Shown here: positions 1-12,547 of the stretch, piece after piece
Numbering within the stretch: position 1 is the first letter of the stretch
Layout: every line of letters begins with the position of its first letter
NCBI GenBank assembly: GCA_965199955.1
Contig: CBDATQ010000002.1
Span: forward strand, 1,248,001 to 1,312,000
DNA length: 64,000 bases
From: Spirochaetia bacterium
Lineage (GTDB): Bacteria > Spirochaetota > Spirochaetia > SZUA-6 > Bin103
Reading direction: 5' to 3'
The notes under the pieces: generated by a model
Databases searched by the model: none
Told to the model about the DNA's origin: nothing
What the model saw: the letters and a program-made list of their open reading frames with translations, nothing else
Made by a program: the position numbers and the translations under genes

Positions 1-1
1 G

Positions 2-259
2 GACCATCGGCCGGTGCTGCCGCGCTCCACCGAGGTGAGGTTCCTGACACTCGGGGGCGACACGCTGTTCCTGGATCTGAGCGCCGCGGCGTTGCTCGAC
101 CAGTCTGGCGCCGAGTTGCAGGGCGCCGATCGCCTGCAGGCGTTGGCGTCGACGCTGCTGTTCAACACGCCCTGGCTGCGCCGGGTCTGGCTGTTCGTGG
201 ACGGACAGATCCCGGACTACGAGGCCGCGCGCGACGGTTGGGTGCGGGCGTGCTGCTGA
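2..259 (+). CDS. GerMN-domain protein, C-terminal part (5' truncated by window edge)
   Basis: Frame open from base 2; PRSTEVRFLTLGGDTLFLDLS...LASTLLFN...VWLFVDG resembles the GerMN fold. Confidence 0.6.
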   Translation, partial: DHRPVLPRSTEVRFLTLGGDTLFLDLSAAALLDQSGAELQGADRLQALASTLLFNTPWLRRVWLFVDGQIPDYEAARDGWVRACC

Positions 260-2463
260 GCAGCGGGCAGCCGGGCGAGTACATCGTCCATCATGAGCCC
301 GAGCTCACCGCCGCCGCGCGGGAACGTGCCGTCGGCCGCGCGCGGCTGCGGTGCTCGAAGCCGGTGACGGCCGGAGCGCCGATCGCGGCAGAATTCGAGG
401 TCACGGTCGGCGAGCGCGGGTTGCCGGAGGGTGGCCGGCTCGCGATCGCGTGGCGCTGGCCGCTCGATTTCGGTGATCTCCAGGTGACGGATCCCGAAGG
501 CCCCGACTACCTGAGCGCACGGGCCGAGTCGCCTGCCGCGGACGTCGAGGCCCGCTATCACTGCGTGAGCAGCTTCAACCCCTGGAACCATGCTATCGAG
601 GTGTCGGTCACCGGCGGCCCGTTGCCCGCGAACGGAACCGTAGCGGTGACCTGTTCCCGTTGGCAGGCTCCGACGTGCTCGACGCTGGCCGCTCGCTTTC
701 TGGTCGTGGCGCAGGACGAGGCCGGTGCCGGCTGGCGCCAGATGGTCGACCCGGCGCCGATCGCCGTGCGTCCGGGCGCGCCCGCCATGCTCGGCGTGGT
801 CGTCCCGTCCGACGCTGTCGTCGGCCGGGAGACGGAGGCCGTCGTTCGAGCCACCGACCGCTTCGGCAACCTTGCCGCGCTCCCGGAGCCGCCGCGGCTC
901 GCCACGCGCGACGGAGAGCCTGCGGCGCGCGTCGGTTCGGCCTGGCCGACCGCGCTTGCCGGGGCGTGGCGGGTTCCGGTCCGCTTCGGCGAAGCCGGCC
1001 GCGCCGTGCTGCACGCGCGCGCGTGCGGGCTCGGCGCGGTGGCCAACCCGATATACGTCCACGCCGCCGCGCCGCCGCGGCGGCTGCTGTGGGGGGACCT
1101 GCATGCCGGCCAGGGCGACACCGGCTGCGGCCTCGACTCCCTCGACCACCAATATGCGTTCGCCCGCGACGTGGCCGGTCTGCAGTTCGCTTCTCAGCAG
1201 GCAAACGACCACTACGTGACGGCCGAGCGCTGGCAGGAGGTGCAGCGGATCACGCGACGCTGGCACGACGACGGACGCTTCGTGGCGTTCCTGGGCTGCG
1301 AGTGGAGCGCCCTGACCGCCGACGGCGGCGACCGCAACCTGGTCTTCCGGGGCGCGAGCGCCGAGCTGCCACGCTCGGGGCGGTTCTTCAGCGACCGGCC
1401 GTCCGACCCGACACCGGACGCCGTGCGGGCGGAGGATCTGCATCGGCGGCTCGCCGGCAGCGAGGTGCTCCTCAACCTCCACGCCGGCGGCCGTCCGACC
1501 GACCTTTCGCGGCACGCACCGGAGCTGGAGCCGCTGTTCGAGGTCCACTCCACGCACGGGACCTCCGACTGGTTCGTGCTGGAGGCGATCAGGCGGGGTT
1601 ACAGGGTCGGCGTGACCGCCGGCACGGACGGGGTGATGGGCCGCCCCGGTGCCTGTCACCCCGGGCGGCGACTGTCGCGCAACTGCCGGGGCGGCGTGAC
1701 CGGGCTGTACGCCACGGAAGCGACGCGCCCGGCGGTCTGGGAGGCGTTTCAGGCCCGGCGCTGCTACGGCACTACCGGTGAGCGGATCCGGCTGTGGGTG
1801 GAGATCGGCCGCGTCCCGATGGGCGGCGAGTGTGAACTTCCGGCCGGGGAGCCGGTGGTCGTCAAAGTGGAGGCCGACGGAACGGCCGCGATCGAAGTGA
1901 TCGAGCTGCTGCGCGGCACGGAGGTCGTGGCGACCGCCCGGGTGGCCGCGTTCGATTATGGGCGGCTGCGCCTCCTATGGGGAGGGACCCGAAACTACGG
2001 CACCGCGCGCGATCAGCGCGTCGTATGGGACGGCGGGCTGATCGTGGATGGAGCTGATGTCGACGAAGCGGAGCCGGTTCGTTTCGAGAGCCCGTATGAT
2101 CGTCTGAAGCAGGAAGGCGGCTCTCTGCGCTGGTGCTCCGCGACGGCCGGCGGGCACGCGGGCGTGGTCCTGTCGCTGCGTGGCGGACCTGCCCGGTGCC
2201 GCTTCGAGAGCGGTCCGGCGTCCTTCGACTTCTCTGTCGATGCGGCGTTGGGAAGCCCGGCGCGCGTGCCCGCGGGGGGCGCCGGGTGCCAGGTCGAAGT
2301 GGGCCCGTCGCCGGCCGCCGACGGGCCGGCGGTGGCGCAGGTCGAGTTGTCCGACGACGGGCCCGCGCCGCCGGCGTCGCCGGTGCCGTACTGGGTGCGC
2401 GTCACGCAGGTCGACCGCTCGCGCGCCTGGAGCAGCCCGATCACGGTGACCCGTACGGCGTAG
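250..2463 (+). CDS. DUF3604 / PHP-like metallohydrolase
   Basis: Motifs LLWGDLH, ANDHY, FLGCEWS, EVHSTHG, ARRCYGTTG, YWVRVTQ..AWSSPI; GTG start at 250 chosen within ORF 238..2463. Confidence 0.75.
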   Translation: MLLSSGQPGEYIVHHEPELTAAARERAVGRARLRCSKPVTAGAPIAAEFEVTVGERGLPEGGRLAIAWRWPLDFGDLQVTDPEGPDYLSARAESPAADVEARYHCVSSFNPWNHAIEVSVTGGPLPANGTVAVTCSRWQAPTCSTLAARFLVVAQDEAGAGWRQMVDPAPIAVRPGAPAMLGVVVPSDAVVGRETEAVVRATDRFGNLAALPEPPRLATRDGEPAARVGSAWPTALAGAWRVPVRFGEAGRAVLHARACGLGAVANPIYVHAAAPPRRLLWGDLHAGQGDTGCGLDSLDHQYAFARDVAGLQFASQQANDHYVTAERWQEVQRITRRWHDDGRFVAFLGCEWSALTADGGDRNLVFRGASAELPRSGRFFSDRPSDPTPDAVRAEDLHRRLAGSEVLLNLHAGGRPTDLSRHAPELEPLFEVHSTHGTSDWFVLEAIRRGYRVGVTAGTDGVMGRPGACHPGRRLSRNCRGGVTGLYATEATRPAVWEAFQARRCYGTTGERIRLWVEIGRVPMGGECELPAGEPVVVKVEADGTAAIEVIELLRGTEVVATARVAAFDYGRLRLLWGGTRNYGTARDQRVVWDGGLIVDGADVDEAEPVRFESPYDRLKQEGGSLRWCSATAGGHAGVVLSLRGGPARCRFESGPASFDFSVDAALGSPARVPAGGAGCQVEVGPSPAADGPAVAQVELSDDGPAPPASPVPYWVRVTQVDRSRAWSSPITVTRTA

Positions 2464-2474
2464 CGCCCCGAAAC

Positions 2475-2516
2475 CGTCGCCTGCGGCTCCGTTTTCGGCC
2501 CATCCCCGCCTACCGC
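2475..2516. repeat. Dispersed ~42-bp repeat, copy 1
   Basis: cgtcgcctgcggctccgttttcggcccatccccgcctaccgc aligns with 17299-17341. Confidence 0.65.
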
Positions 2517-2519
2517 TTC

Positions 2520-2566
2520 GGAGTCTGTCGGACTTGCCGCTGGACGCGGTAAGTCCGACAGACTCC
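2520..2566. terminator. Long hairpin between convergent genes (bidirectional terminator or MITE-like remnant)
   Basis: ggagtctgtcggactt / aagtccgacagactcc is a perfect 16-bp inverted repeat, extended by a G-T pair and ccgc/gcgg, with a 5-nt loop. Confidence 0.7.
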
Positions 2567-2573
2567 TCGCGCA

Positions 2574-3122
2574 CTACCCGAGAGGGACCTGTCTGCCGAG
2601 CTCCGCAGCCCACCGCGACGTGCGCACGAAGCGCTGCGCGAACGCCCCGAGCAGCGCCGAAGAGACCGTGCCGATGGCGAAGAAGGCCGGTGCGATCAGC
2701 CATGCGGTCGGCCCGAAGGCCACGTAGCGGGCGGCGGCGACCTGCGCCGCGTTGCTGGCCAGCCCGCCAAGCACGCTGACGCCGATCAGCGACAGCGGCC
2801 CCCCCAGCGCCCGCCAGGCGATCAGCATGACGGTCGCGCTGGCGATCGAGCCGGCCGCGGAGAACAGCACCACGTAGGAAAACAGCGTCCCTTGCACGAA
2901 GCCCTGCCCGACGATCTTCAGCGCCACCACCAGCGCCACCGACCGCGTGTCCAGGCGCGCGATGGCGATCAGGACCGGCAGGTTGGCCAGGCCGAGCCGC
3001 ACGAACGGGACCGGCTTGGGGATCGCGAACTCGACGGACGCCAGGAACAGCGCCGTCGCCGCAAGCAGGGCGACCGTGTCGCGGTCCGCCCGGTGGCGGG
3101 ACACGTCAGTAGCTGCGGGCAT
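2574..3122 (-). CDS. Gx transporter family / heptaprenyl diphosphate synthase component I-like membrane protein
   Basis: FLASVEFAIPKPVPFVRLGLAN signature, hydrophobic helices, SLIGVSVLGGLASNAAQ; adjacent to NusG-II gene. Confidence 0.85.
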   Translation of the reverse strand: MPAATDVSRHRADRDTVALLAATALFLASVEFAIPKPVPFVRLGLANLPVLIAIARLDTRSVALVVALKIVGQGFVQGTLFSYVVLFSAAGSIASATVMLIAWRALGGPLSLIGVSVLGGLASNAAQVAAARYVAFGPTAWLIAPAFFAIGTVSSALLGAFAQRFVRTSRWAAELGRQVPLG

Positions 3123-3465
3123 CGACGTCGGTCCGGCTTCCGGACTCGATCGACACGAACACGCGATTGGGCAGGCACGCGATCCAGCGTCCCGCGCGTT
3201 CGACATGGCCGGTGCGGACGCAGATCTGGTTGTCGCACGGCGATGAGACCACGCGAGCGCCGCCGTCGGCGATCTCGACGACCGTCTGTCCGATCGGTCC
3301 GCTGACGGCGATCGTCTCCTCCACCGAGGAGGCGAACAGGTATTCGGCGTCCGTAGCGGTGACGAGCACCGTGGTCCGTCCGCCGGCGCCGCCGTAGACG
3401 GCCGTCGAGATCGCGACCACGAGCGCAGCGGCGAACAGCAGCGTCACGTAGTCGAGCGGCTTCAC
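3106..3465 (-). CDS. NusG domain II-containing protein
   Basis: N-terminal TM then GPIGQTVVEI..ARVVSSPCDNQICV..G..IACLPNRV. Confidence 0.85.
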   Translation of the reverse strand: MKPLDYVTLLFAAALVVAISTAVYGGAGGRTTVLVTATDAEYLFASSVEETIAVSGPIGQTVVEIADGGARVVSSPCDNQICVRTGHVERAGRWIACLPNRVFVSIESGSRTDVDARSY

Positions 3466-3496
3466 CGGCCGACCCGCACCGCCGCCGGGGGCGCGT

Positions 3497-4651
<1,155 letters not shown>

Positions 4652-4753
4652 CTCGGAACCGCGCCGGAACGTACCAGAGCCTGGACCGACGGGTCAAACA
4701 CGCCAAGGATCTGGACGCGGGCGCGGCATTCGCCGCACAGTTCGGTCCCGGTC

Positions 4754-7700
4754 ATGAGCGATCCACTGCGCACGGCGCTGGCGGCGGTCACCTCGTGCGC
4801 GGCCCGGCTGGAGCCCGTACGGGACGTGCTGCGTGCCCACGCCGAAGGCGACCTGCCGGTCACGATCCAGGGGCCGCAGGGTTCGTTCCTGTCGGTGCTG
4901 ACCGCGATGTTGGCCGCGCGGGACGCTCCCGGCGGGTCGATTCTGGTGGTCACCCCCACCGAGCAGGAGGCCGAGCTGGTCGCTGACGACCTTCGCCTGT
5001 TCGCCGGCCGGCCGGTGATCGAGCTGCCGTGGTGGGGGACGCTGCCGTACGCCCGGCAGGCCCCGTTGCCGGCCGTGTTCGGCCGCCGCGCGGATGCGCT
5101 GGTCCGCCTGGCGAGCGGCGAGCGGTGCCTGGCCGTGGCGCCGCTGCGGGCACTATTGACGCCGACGCCCGAGCCTTCACACCTGCTCGCACACACCATC
5201 CGGTTCCGGACCGGCCAGGAGGTCGACCCGGTCGGCACCGCGGAGACACTGGCGACCGTCGGCTACCTGCGCGTGCCGCGCGTGACCGTGCATGGTGAGT
5301 TCTCCGTCAAGGGCGAGGTGATCGATGTCTTCCCTTTCGCGCTCGACTCCGCCGTGCGCGTGGTATTGGACTTCGACCATGTGGCCGAGATCCGGCACTT
5401 CGATCCGCTCACCCAGGGCTCCATCGGTCACGCGGATCGCGTGGACGTCGCTCCGGCCCGCGAGGTGACGCTGCAAACAGATCGGCTCGCGCAGCTCCGC
5501 GACACGCTCGCCGGCGAGCAGCTCCCCGATCCGTTCCGCGAAGAGCTGCTCGACACGCTGCAGCGCGATCCGCAGCACGCCGGCGTGGAGCAGTACTACC
5601 CGCTGTGCTTTCCCGAGCGCCATTCCGTGGTGGATCTGCTGGGCGACGGCGGCACCTTGGTGCTGGCCGACGGCGAGCGGCTGCGGGCCGGTTTCCAGGC
5701 GCTGCGCCGGGAGGTGCATGAGCTGTATCGGCGGGCGCAACGCGACGGCGCCTTCGGCCCGCGCCCCAAGTCCGTGCTGCTCGACTACGCCCGCGTCGCC
5801 GAGCGGCACGCACGGCGCGTCACCGTCGCGTCGTTGCAGCGTACCGCTCCGGCCGAGCGTGCCCGTTTGAGCGGAGCGCAGGCGCTGGAAGCGCCTGATA
5901 CGGAGCCGCTCCTCAACCTTCCGTGTGACCCGCCGCGCTCCTTCTTCGGCAACATTCCCTACTTCCGCGAACAGCTCGCGGCGCTCATGGACTCCGGCTA
6001 CCGGGTGTTCGTCTTCGCAGTGTACGACTTCCAGGCGGCGCGCATTCGCGCGATGGTCGAACCCGCCAACGGCACCGGCGGGGAGATCACCATCCTCCCG
6101 TACAGCATCTCGGCCGGCTTCGCCCTGCCCGACTGCCGGGTGATTTTCATCCAGGAGAACGAGATCTTCGGCCGCAAGCGCCGGCTGCCGCAGACCGTGG
6201 CACGCAGCACGCAGAGCGCCGCGATCGACTCTTTCGTCGACCTCAGTCCGGGCGATCACGTCGTGCACGTCAACTATGGAATCGGCCTGTACCACGGCAT
6301 CTCGCGCATGACCGCGGCCGGCAACGAGCGCGACTACATGGAGGTCGAGTACGCCGGCGAGGAGCGCATCTACGTGCCGATCGAGCAGGTCAACCTCGTG
6401 CAGCGCTACATCGGCCGCGACGGCTTCAAGCCCAGGCTGGACAAGATCGGCGGGCGCGCCTGGGAGAACCGCAAGCAGCGGGTGCGCCAGTCGGTCGAGG
6501 AGATGGCCGAACGGCTGGTGCGGCTCTATTCGCGGCGGCGCGCTCAGCAGGGGTTCGCGTTTCCGGCCGACAGCGACTGGCACGACCGCTTCGACGCCGC
6601 CTTCGAGTACCAGGAGACCGAAGACCAGGTCCGCTGCATCGAGGAAGTCAAGGCGGACATGGAGGACGCCGCTCCGATGGACCGGCTGGTGTGCGGAGAC
6701 GTCGGCTTCGGGAAGACGGAGGTCGGCCTGCGCGCCGCGTTCAAGGCGGTCATGGGCGGCAAGCAGGTGGCGCTGCTGGCGCCCACCACCATCCTGGCCG
6801 AGCAGCACTACGACACCTTCACCGAGCGCTTCTCGCCGTTTCCGGTGGGGGTGGCAATGCTGTCGCGGTTCCGCAGCAAGGCGGACCAGAAGCAGGTGAT
6901 CGACGGCCTGCAGGCGGGGCAGGTGGACATCGTCGTCGGCACGCACCGGCTCGTGCAGCGCGACGTGAGCTTCAAGAATCTCGGCCTGCTGATCGTCGAC
7001 GAGGAGCAACGCTTCGGGGTCAAGCACAAGGAGCGGCTCAAGGAGCTGAAGACCTCCGTGGACTGCCTTACGCTCACGGCGACGCCGATCCCGCGCACGC
7101 TGCACATGTCGCTGGCCAGAATCCGCGACATGTCGATCATCAACACGGCGCCACAGAACCGGCTGCCGGTGGAGACCTACATCGAGGAGTTCGACGAGTC
7201 GCTGGTCGCGGAGGCGATCCGCAAGGAGGTCGCCCGCGGCGGGCAGGTCTTCTACCTGCACAACCGCGTGCGCACCATCCGCGAAGTGCTGGTCTACCTG
7301 CAGCGGCTGCTGCCGGGCGTGTCCTTCGCTCACGCGCACGGGCAGATGGACGAGGACGAGCTGGAGCGGGTGATGCGCCGCTTCATCGGCCACGAGTTCG
7401 ACGTGCTGGTGTCCACGTCGATCATCGAGAACGGTCTGGATATTCCCAACGTGAACACGATCGTCATCGACCGTGCCGACATGTTCGGCATCGCCCAGCT
7501 CTACCAGTTGCGCGGGCGGGTAGGGAGGTCCGAGCGCCCCGCATACGCCTATCTGTTCTATCCGCGCGACCGTGCGCTGTCGGAGCTGGCCATGAAGCGG
7601 CTCAAGGTAATTTCCGACTTCACCGACCTGGGATCCGGCTTCAAGGTGGCGCTGAAGGACATGGAGGTGCGTGGCGCCGGCAACCTGCTCGGGGCCGAGC

Positions 7701-8236
7701 AGTCGGGTGAGATCCTGGCGGTCGGCTACGACATGTACGTGCGCCTGCTCGACGACGCGATCGCGACGGTGCGCGGCGATCACGAGGTCGAGGTGTCGGA
7801 CGTCTACCTGGAGCTCGAATACGCAGGCTTCATTCCCGACGACTACGTCAGCGAGCCGATAGAGAAGATGGAGATCTACAAGAAGGTGGCCGCCGTCGGC
7901 GACGAGACCGAGCTCGCGCGGCTGAATGCCGAGATCGAGGACCGCTTCGGTCCGGCGCCGGACGCGGTGCTGAGCCTGCTGGCGATCGCGGAGATCCGGG
8001 TGGCGTGCAGGCGGCTTGCCATCTCGTCGCTGAAGGAGCGCCAGGGCGTGGTCACGATCGAGTTCGCCCGCATCGGCCACGTCTCCGCGGAGCGGGTGGT
8101 GCGCCTGATCGGCGAGAGCGGCGGCACGGTGATGCTGGACAAGGACCGCCCCAACTGCCTGCTGCTGAAGACCGGCGGCATCGACCTGCGCGAGAAGTCG
8201 GAGTTCATCAGCGAGAAGCTGAACTCCCTCGCCTGA
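4754..8236 (+). CDS. mfd: Transcription-repair coupling factor
   Basis: UvrB-like N-terminus, CarD/RID (VVHVNYGIG), GDVGFGKTEV, DEEQRFG, QLRGRVGR, TRCF C-terminus; ATG at 4754. Confidence 0.97.
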   Translation: MSDPLRTALAAVTSCAARLEPVRDVLRAHAEGDLPVTIQGPQGSFLSVLTAMLAARDAPGGSILVVTPTEQEAELVADDLRLFAGRPVIELPWWGTLPYARQAPLPAVFGRRADALVRLASGERCLAVAPLRALLTPTPEPSHLLAHTIRFRTGQEVDPVGTAETLATVGYLRVPRVTVHGEFSVKGEVIDVFPFALDSAVRVVLDFDHVAEIRHFDPLTQGSIGHADRVDVAPAREVTLQTDRLAQLRDTLAGEQLPDPFREELLDTLQRDPQHAGVEQYYPLCFPERHSVVDLLGDGGTLVLADGERLRAGFQALRREVHELYRRAQRDGAFGPRPKSVLLDYARVAERHARRVTVASLQRTAPAERARLSGAQALEAPDTEPLLNLPCDPPRSFFGNIPYFREQLAALMDSGYRVFVFAVYDFQAARIRAMVEPANGTGGEITILPYSISAGFALPDCRVIFIQENEIFGRKRRLPQTVARSTQSAAIDSFVDLSPGDHVVHVNYGIGLYHGISRMTAAGNERDYMEVEYAGEERIYVPIEQVNLVQRYIGRDGFKPRLDKIGGRAWENRKQRVRQSVEEMAERLVRLYSRRRAQQGFAFPADSDWHDRFDAAFEYQETEDQVRCIEEVKADMEDAAPMDRLVCGDVGFGKTEVGLRAAFKAVMGGKQVALLAPTTILAEQHYDTFTERFSPFPVGVAMLSRFRSKADQKQVIDGLQAGQVDIVVGTHRLVQRDVSFKNLGLLIVDEEQRFGVKHKERLKELKTSVDCLTLTATPIPRTLHMSLARIRDMSIINTAPQNRLPVETYIEEFDESLVAEAIRKEVARGGQVFYLHNRVRTIREVLVYLQRLLPGVSFAHAHGQMDEDELERVMRRFIGHEFDVLVSTSIIENGLDIPNVNTIVIDRADMFGIAQLYQLRGRVGRSERPAYAYLFYPRDRALSELAMKRLKVISDFTDLGSGFKVALKDMEVRGAGNLLGAEQSGEILAVGYDMYVRLLDDAIATVRGDHEVEVSDVYLELEYAGFIPDDYVSEPIEKMEIYKKVAAVGDETELARLNAEIEDRFGPAPDAVLSLLAIAEIRVACRRLAISSLKERQGVVTIEFARIGHVSAERVVRLIGESGGTVMLDKDRPNCLLLKTGGIDLREKSEFISEKLNSLA

Positions 8237-8264
8237 GCGATCGGTCCGCTGCTATCCTGAGGCG

Positions 8265-8648
8265 ATGCCCGCCCGAGTGTCTGCCGCCGCCGACCTGGAG
8301 CGCGAGTTGCTCACCGCCGAGGACTTCACTGGAATGAACGAGCCGGCGCTCTCGGCTCAGACGAGCGCGGTGCTGGAGCGGGTGGGGGCGGTGCTCGGGG
8401 AGAGGGAAGGAACCGGGCCGGACGACGACCCGTTCCTGGGTTCGCAGCGCCGCCTGAGCCATGCGGAAGGCCGCACCGAGGGGCGGATCGCGTTGGCGCG
8501 AGCGCTGTTGGCCGCGCGCGGCATCGAGGTCTCGGCCGGATTCCCCGGCGTGACCGGCTTCGCCGAGTTACCCGACCACGCCGTCGCCGAGGCTGCCGCC
8601 GCCTGCGTCAGCGAGGCCGACTTCCGCAGGCGTCTGCGCAGCCGGTAG
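8265..8648 (+). pseudogene. Probable internally deleted Uma2-family endonuclease remnant (C-terminal tail)
   Basis: NEPALSAQTSAVLERVGAVLGEREGTGPDDDP..GRIALARALLAARGI..SEADFRRRL resembles tails I recall from long Uma2 proteins; no PD-(D/E)xK core present. Confidence 0.45.
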
Positions 8649-8653
8649 CCGGC

Positions 8654-8842
8654 CTATGCCGGCTGTGGCAACGGTTCCAACGACTCCATCGCTGCGGCAC
8701 GTTCGGGAGTCGTCGCGTGCCAGAGATCCCAGTCCTGCTGCAGGCCAAGCCAGAAGTCGGCGCTCATGCCGGTGACTCGTGCCAGAAGAAGTGCGGTATC
8801 CGGCGTGACTCCCCGCCTGCCTCGGACGATGCCGTTGAGCCT
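8654..8842 (-). pseudogene. higA: HigA-family antitoxin fragment (N-terminus missing)
   Basis: Own translation: RLNGIVRGRRGVTPDTALLLARVTGMSADFWLGLQQDWDLWHA...PA*; in-frame TAA just upstream, no start codon. Confidence 0.8.
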
Positions 8843-8928
8843 GCATATCGCTTACCCGCGGCTGCCGACGGTGCTGACCTCGAGGCTGCTGCACGATACC
8901 TTCCTGGAGGGCTCTGACCAACTCTGAC

Positions 8929-8964
8929 GAATTGCGGCGCAATTTCGCAATTGCGCCGCGATTC
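8929..8964. promoter_or_regulatory. 16-bp inverted repeat upstream of the helicase operon
   Basis: gaattgcggcgcaatt-tcgc-aattgcgccgcgattc (one G-T mismatch). Confidence 0.5.
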
Positions 8965-9038
8965 TGCGACGATTGGGCTGGGCGGTGCCTTTGCCGTGGT
9001 GCCGGTGATGGGGTAACGTCCGTAGGGGGAGGGGGAAG

Positions 9039-11398
<2,360 letters not shown>

Positions 11399-11402
<4 letters not shown>

Positions 11403-12547
11403 CCACGGGATCACCTGCCGGATCGCTGCGCGACTCGATCCGCCGGCGGCTGGACTACTTGCGCGCGGGTGGCGAAGAGCTCCCGCCCTTCGCGCCCGAC
11501 GACCACGACGGCCGCTGCCTCTCCGCACGCCTGGGCGCCGACTGGCAGTGGCTGGCGCCGTACGTGCATCGCCGCGTGGCGATCGTCCCCTCGCCGCTCA
11601 CGGACAGACCTCGGTTACTGCCGGAGTCGGTGCCGATCGAGCGCTGCGCCTTCTTCGACACGGAGACCACGGGGCTGGCCGGCGCCGGGGCGGTCATCTT
11701 CCTGTTCGGGATCGCCACGGTGCGGGGCGACCGCATGGTGGTGGAGCAGGTGTTCCTGGAGGACTTTCCGGGAGAGACCGCGTTCCTGGAACACATCGAA
11801 CGCCTGTTGGCCGAGCACCGGCTGTTCGTGTCGTTCAACGGCAAGGCGTTCGACAAGACCATCTTGACGACGAGGTTCCTGATGGACGGGCGCAGCCTGA
11901 ACATGCCGGAGCACCTGGACCTGCTCTATCCGTCGCGCCGCCTGTGGGCGTCTATCACTGTCGATTGCCGGCTCAAGACCCTGGAGGAGGAGATCCTGGG
12001 CATCGACCGGGGAGAGGATATCGACGGGTTCGAGGTGCCCGACATCTACTTCGAGTTCCTCAGAACCGGCGAGCTGGGACGGCTGCCGGTCGTGTTCGAG
12101 CACAACCACAGCGATGTCGTTACCCTCGCGCAGCTTCTGGCGACGATCGATCAGGCGCTGGCCGGGGACGACACGGTTCGGGTGGACCCGCGCGGCGTCG
12201 GCCACCTGCTGCTGGCCCTGGGAGATCCGTGTGGACTTGACCATCTGCGCCGCGGATACATGGACGGGCAGCTTCCCTGCGGCACCGCTCTGGGCGGGGA
12301 GTTGAAGCGCGCCGGCGCCTGGACCGAGGCTGTCGAGCTGTGGCGCGACATGGCCGAGCGGCACCGCGACCAGGGGGCGGCAGTCGAGCTGGCCAAGTAC
12401 TACGAACACCGCGCGAAGGACTACGACGCCGCGTTCGACTGCGTGCGACCGTTCTTCGGCGGCGTCAGGAACGGGGCGAGCGGGCTCCACGACGACATGC
12501 TGCGCCGGGTGGCCCGCCTGCGCCGTAAGCGCGCGTCTCAGCGGTAG
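11399..12547 (+). CDS. RNase H-like exonuclease with TPR-like tail (MrfB/YprB-like)
   Basis: FFDTETTGL, SFNGKAFD, HLDLL, HNHSDV, ELAKYYEH; GTGA overlap with the helicase stop. Confidence 0.88.

Noticed and set aside
4652..4753. SAM riboswitch upstream of metK (also upstream of metX)
   Set aside because: Spacers are very short and shared with divergent genes; no SAM-I core motifs seen
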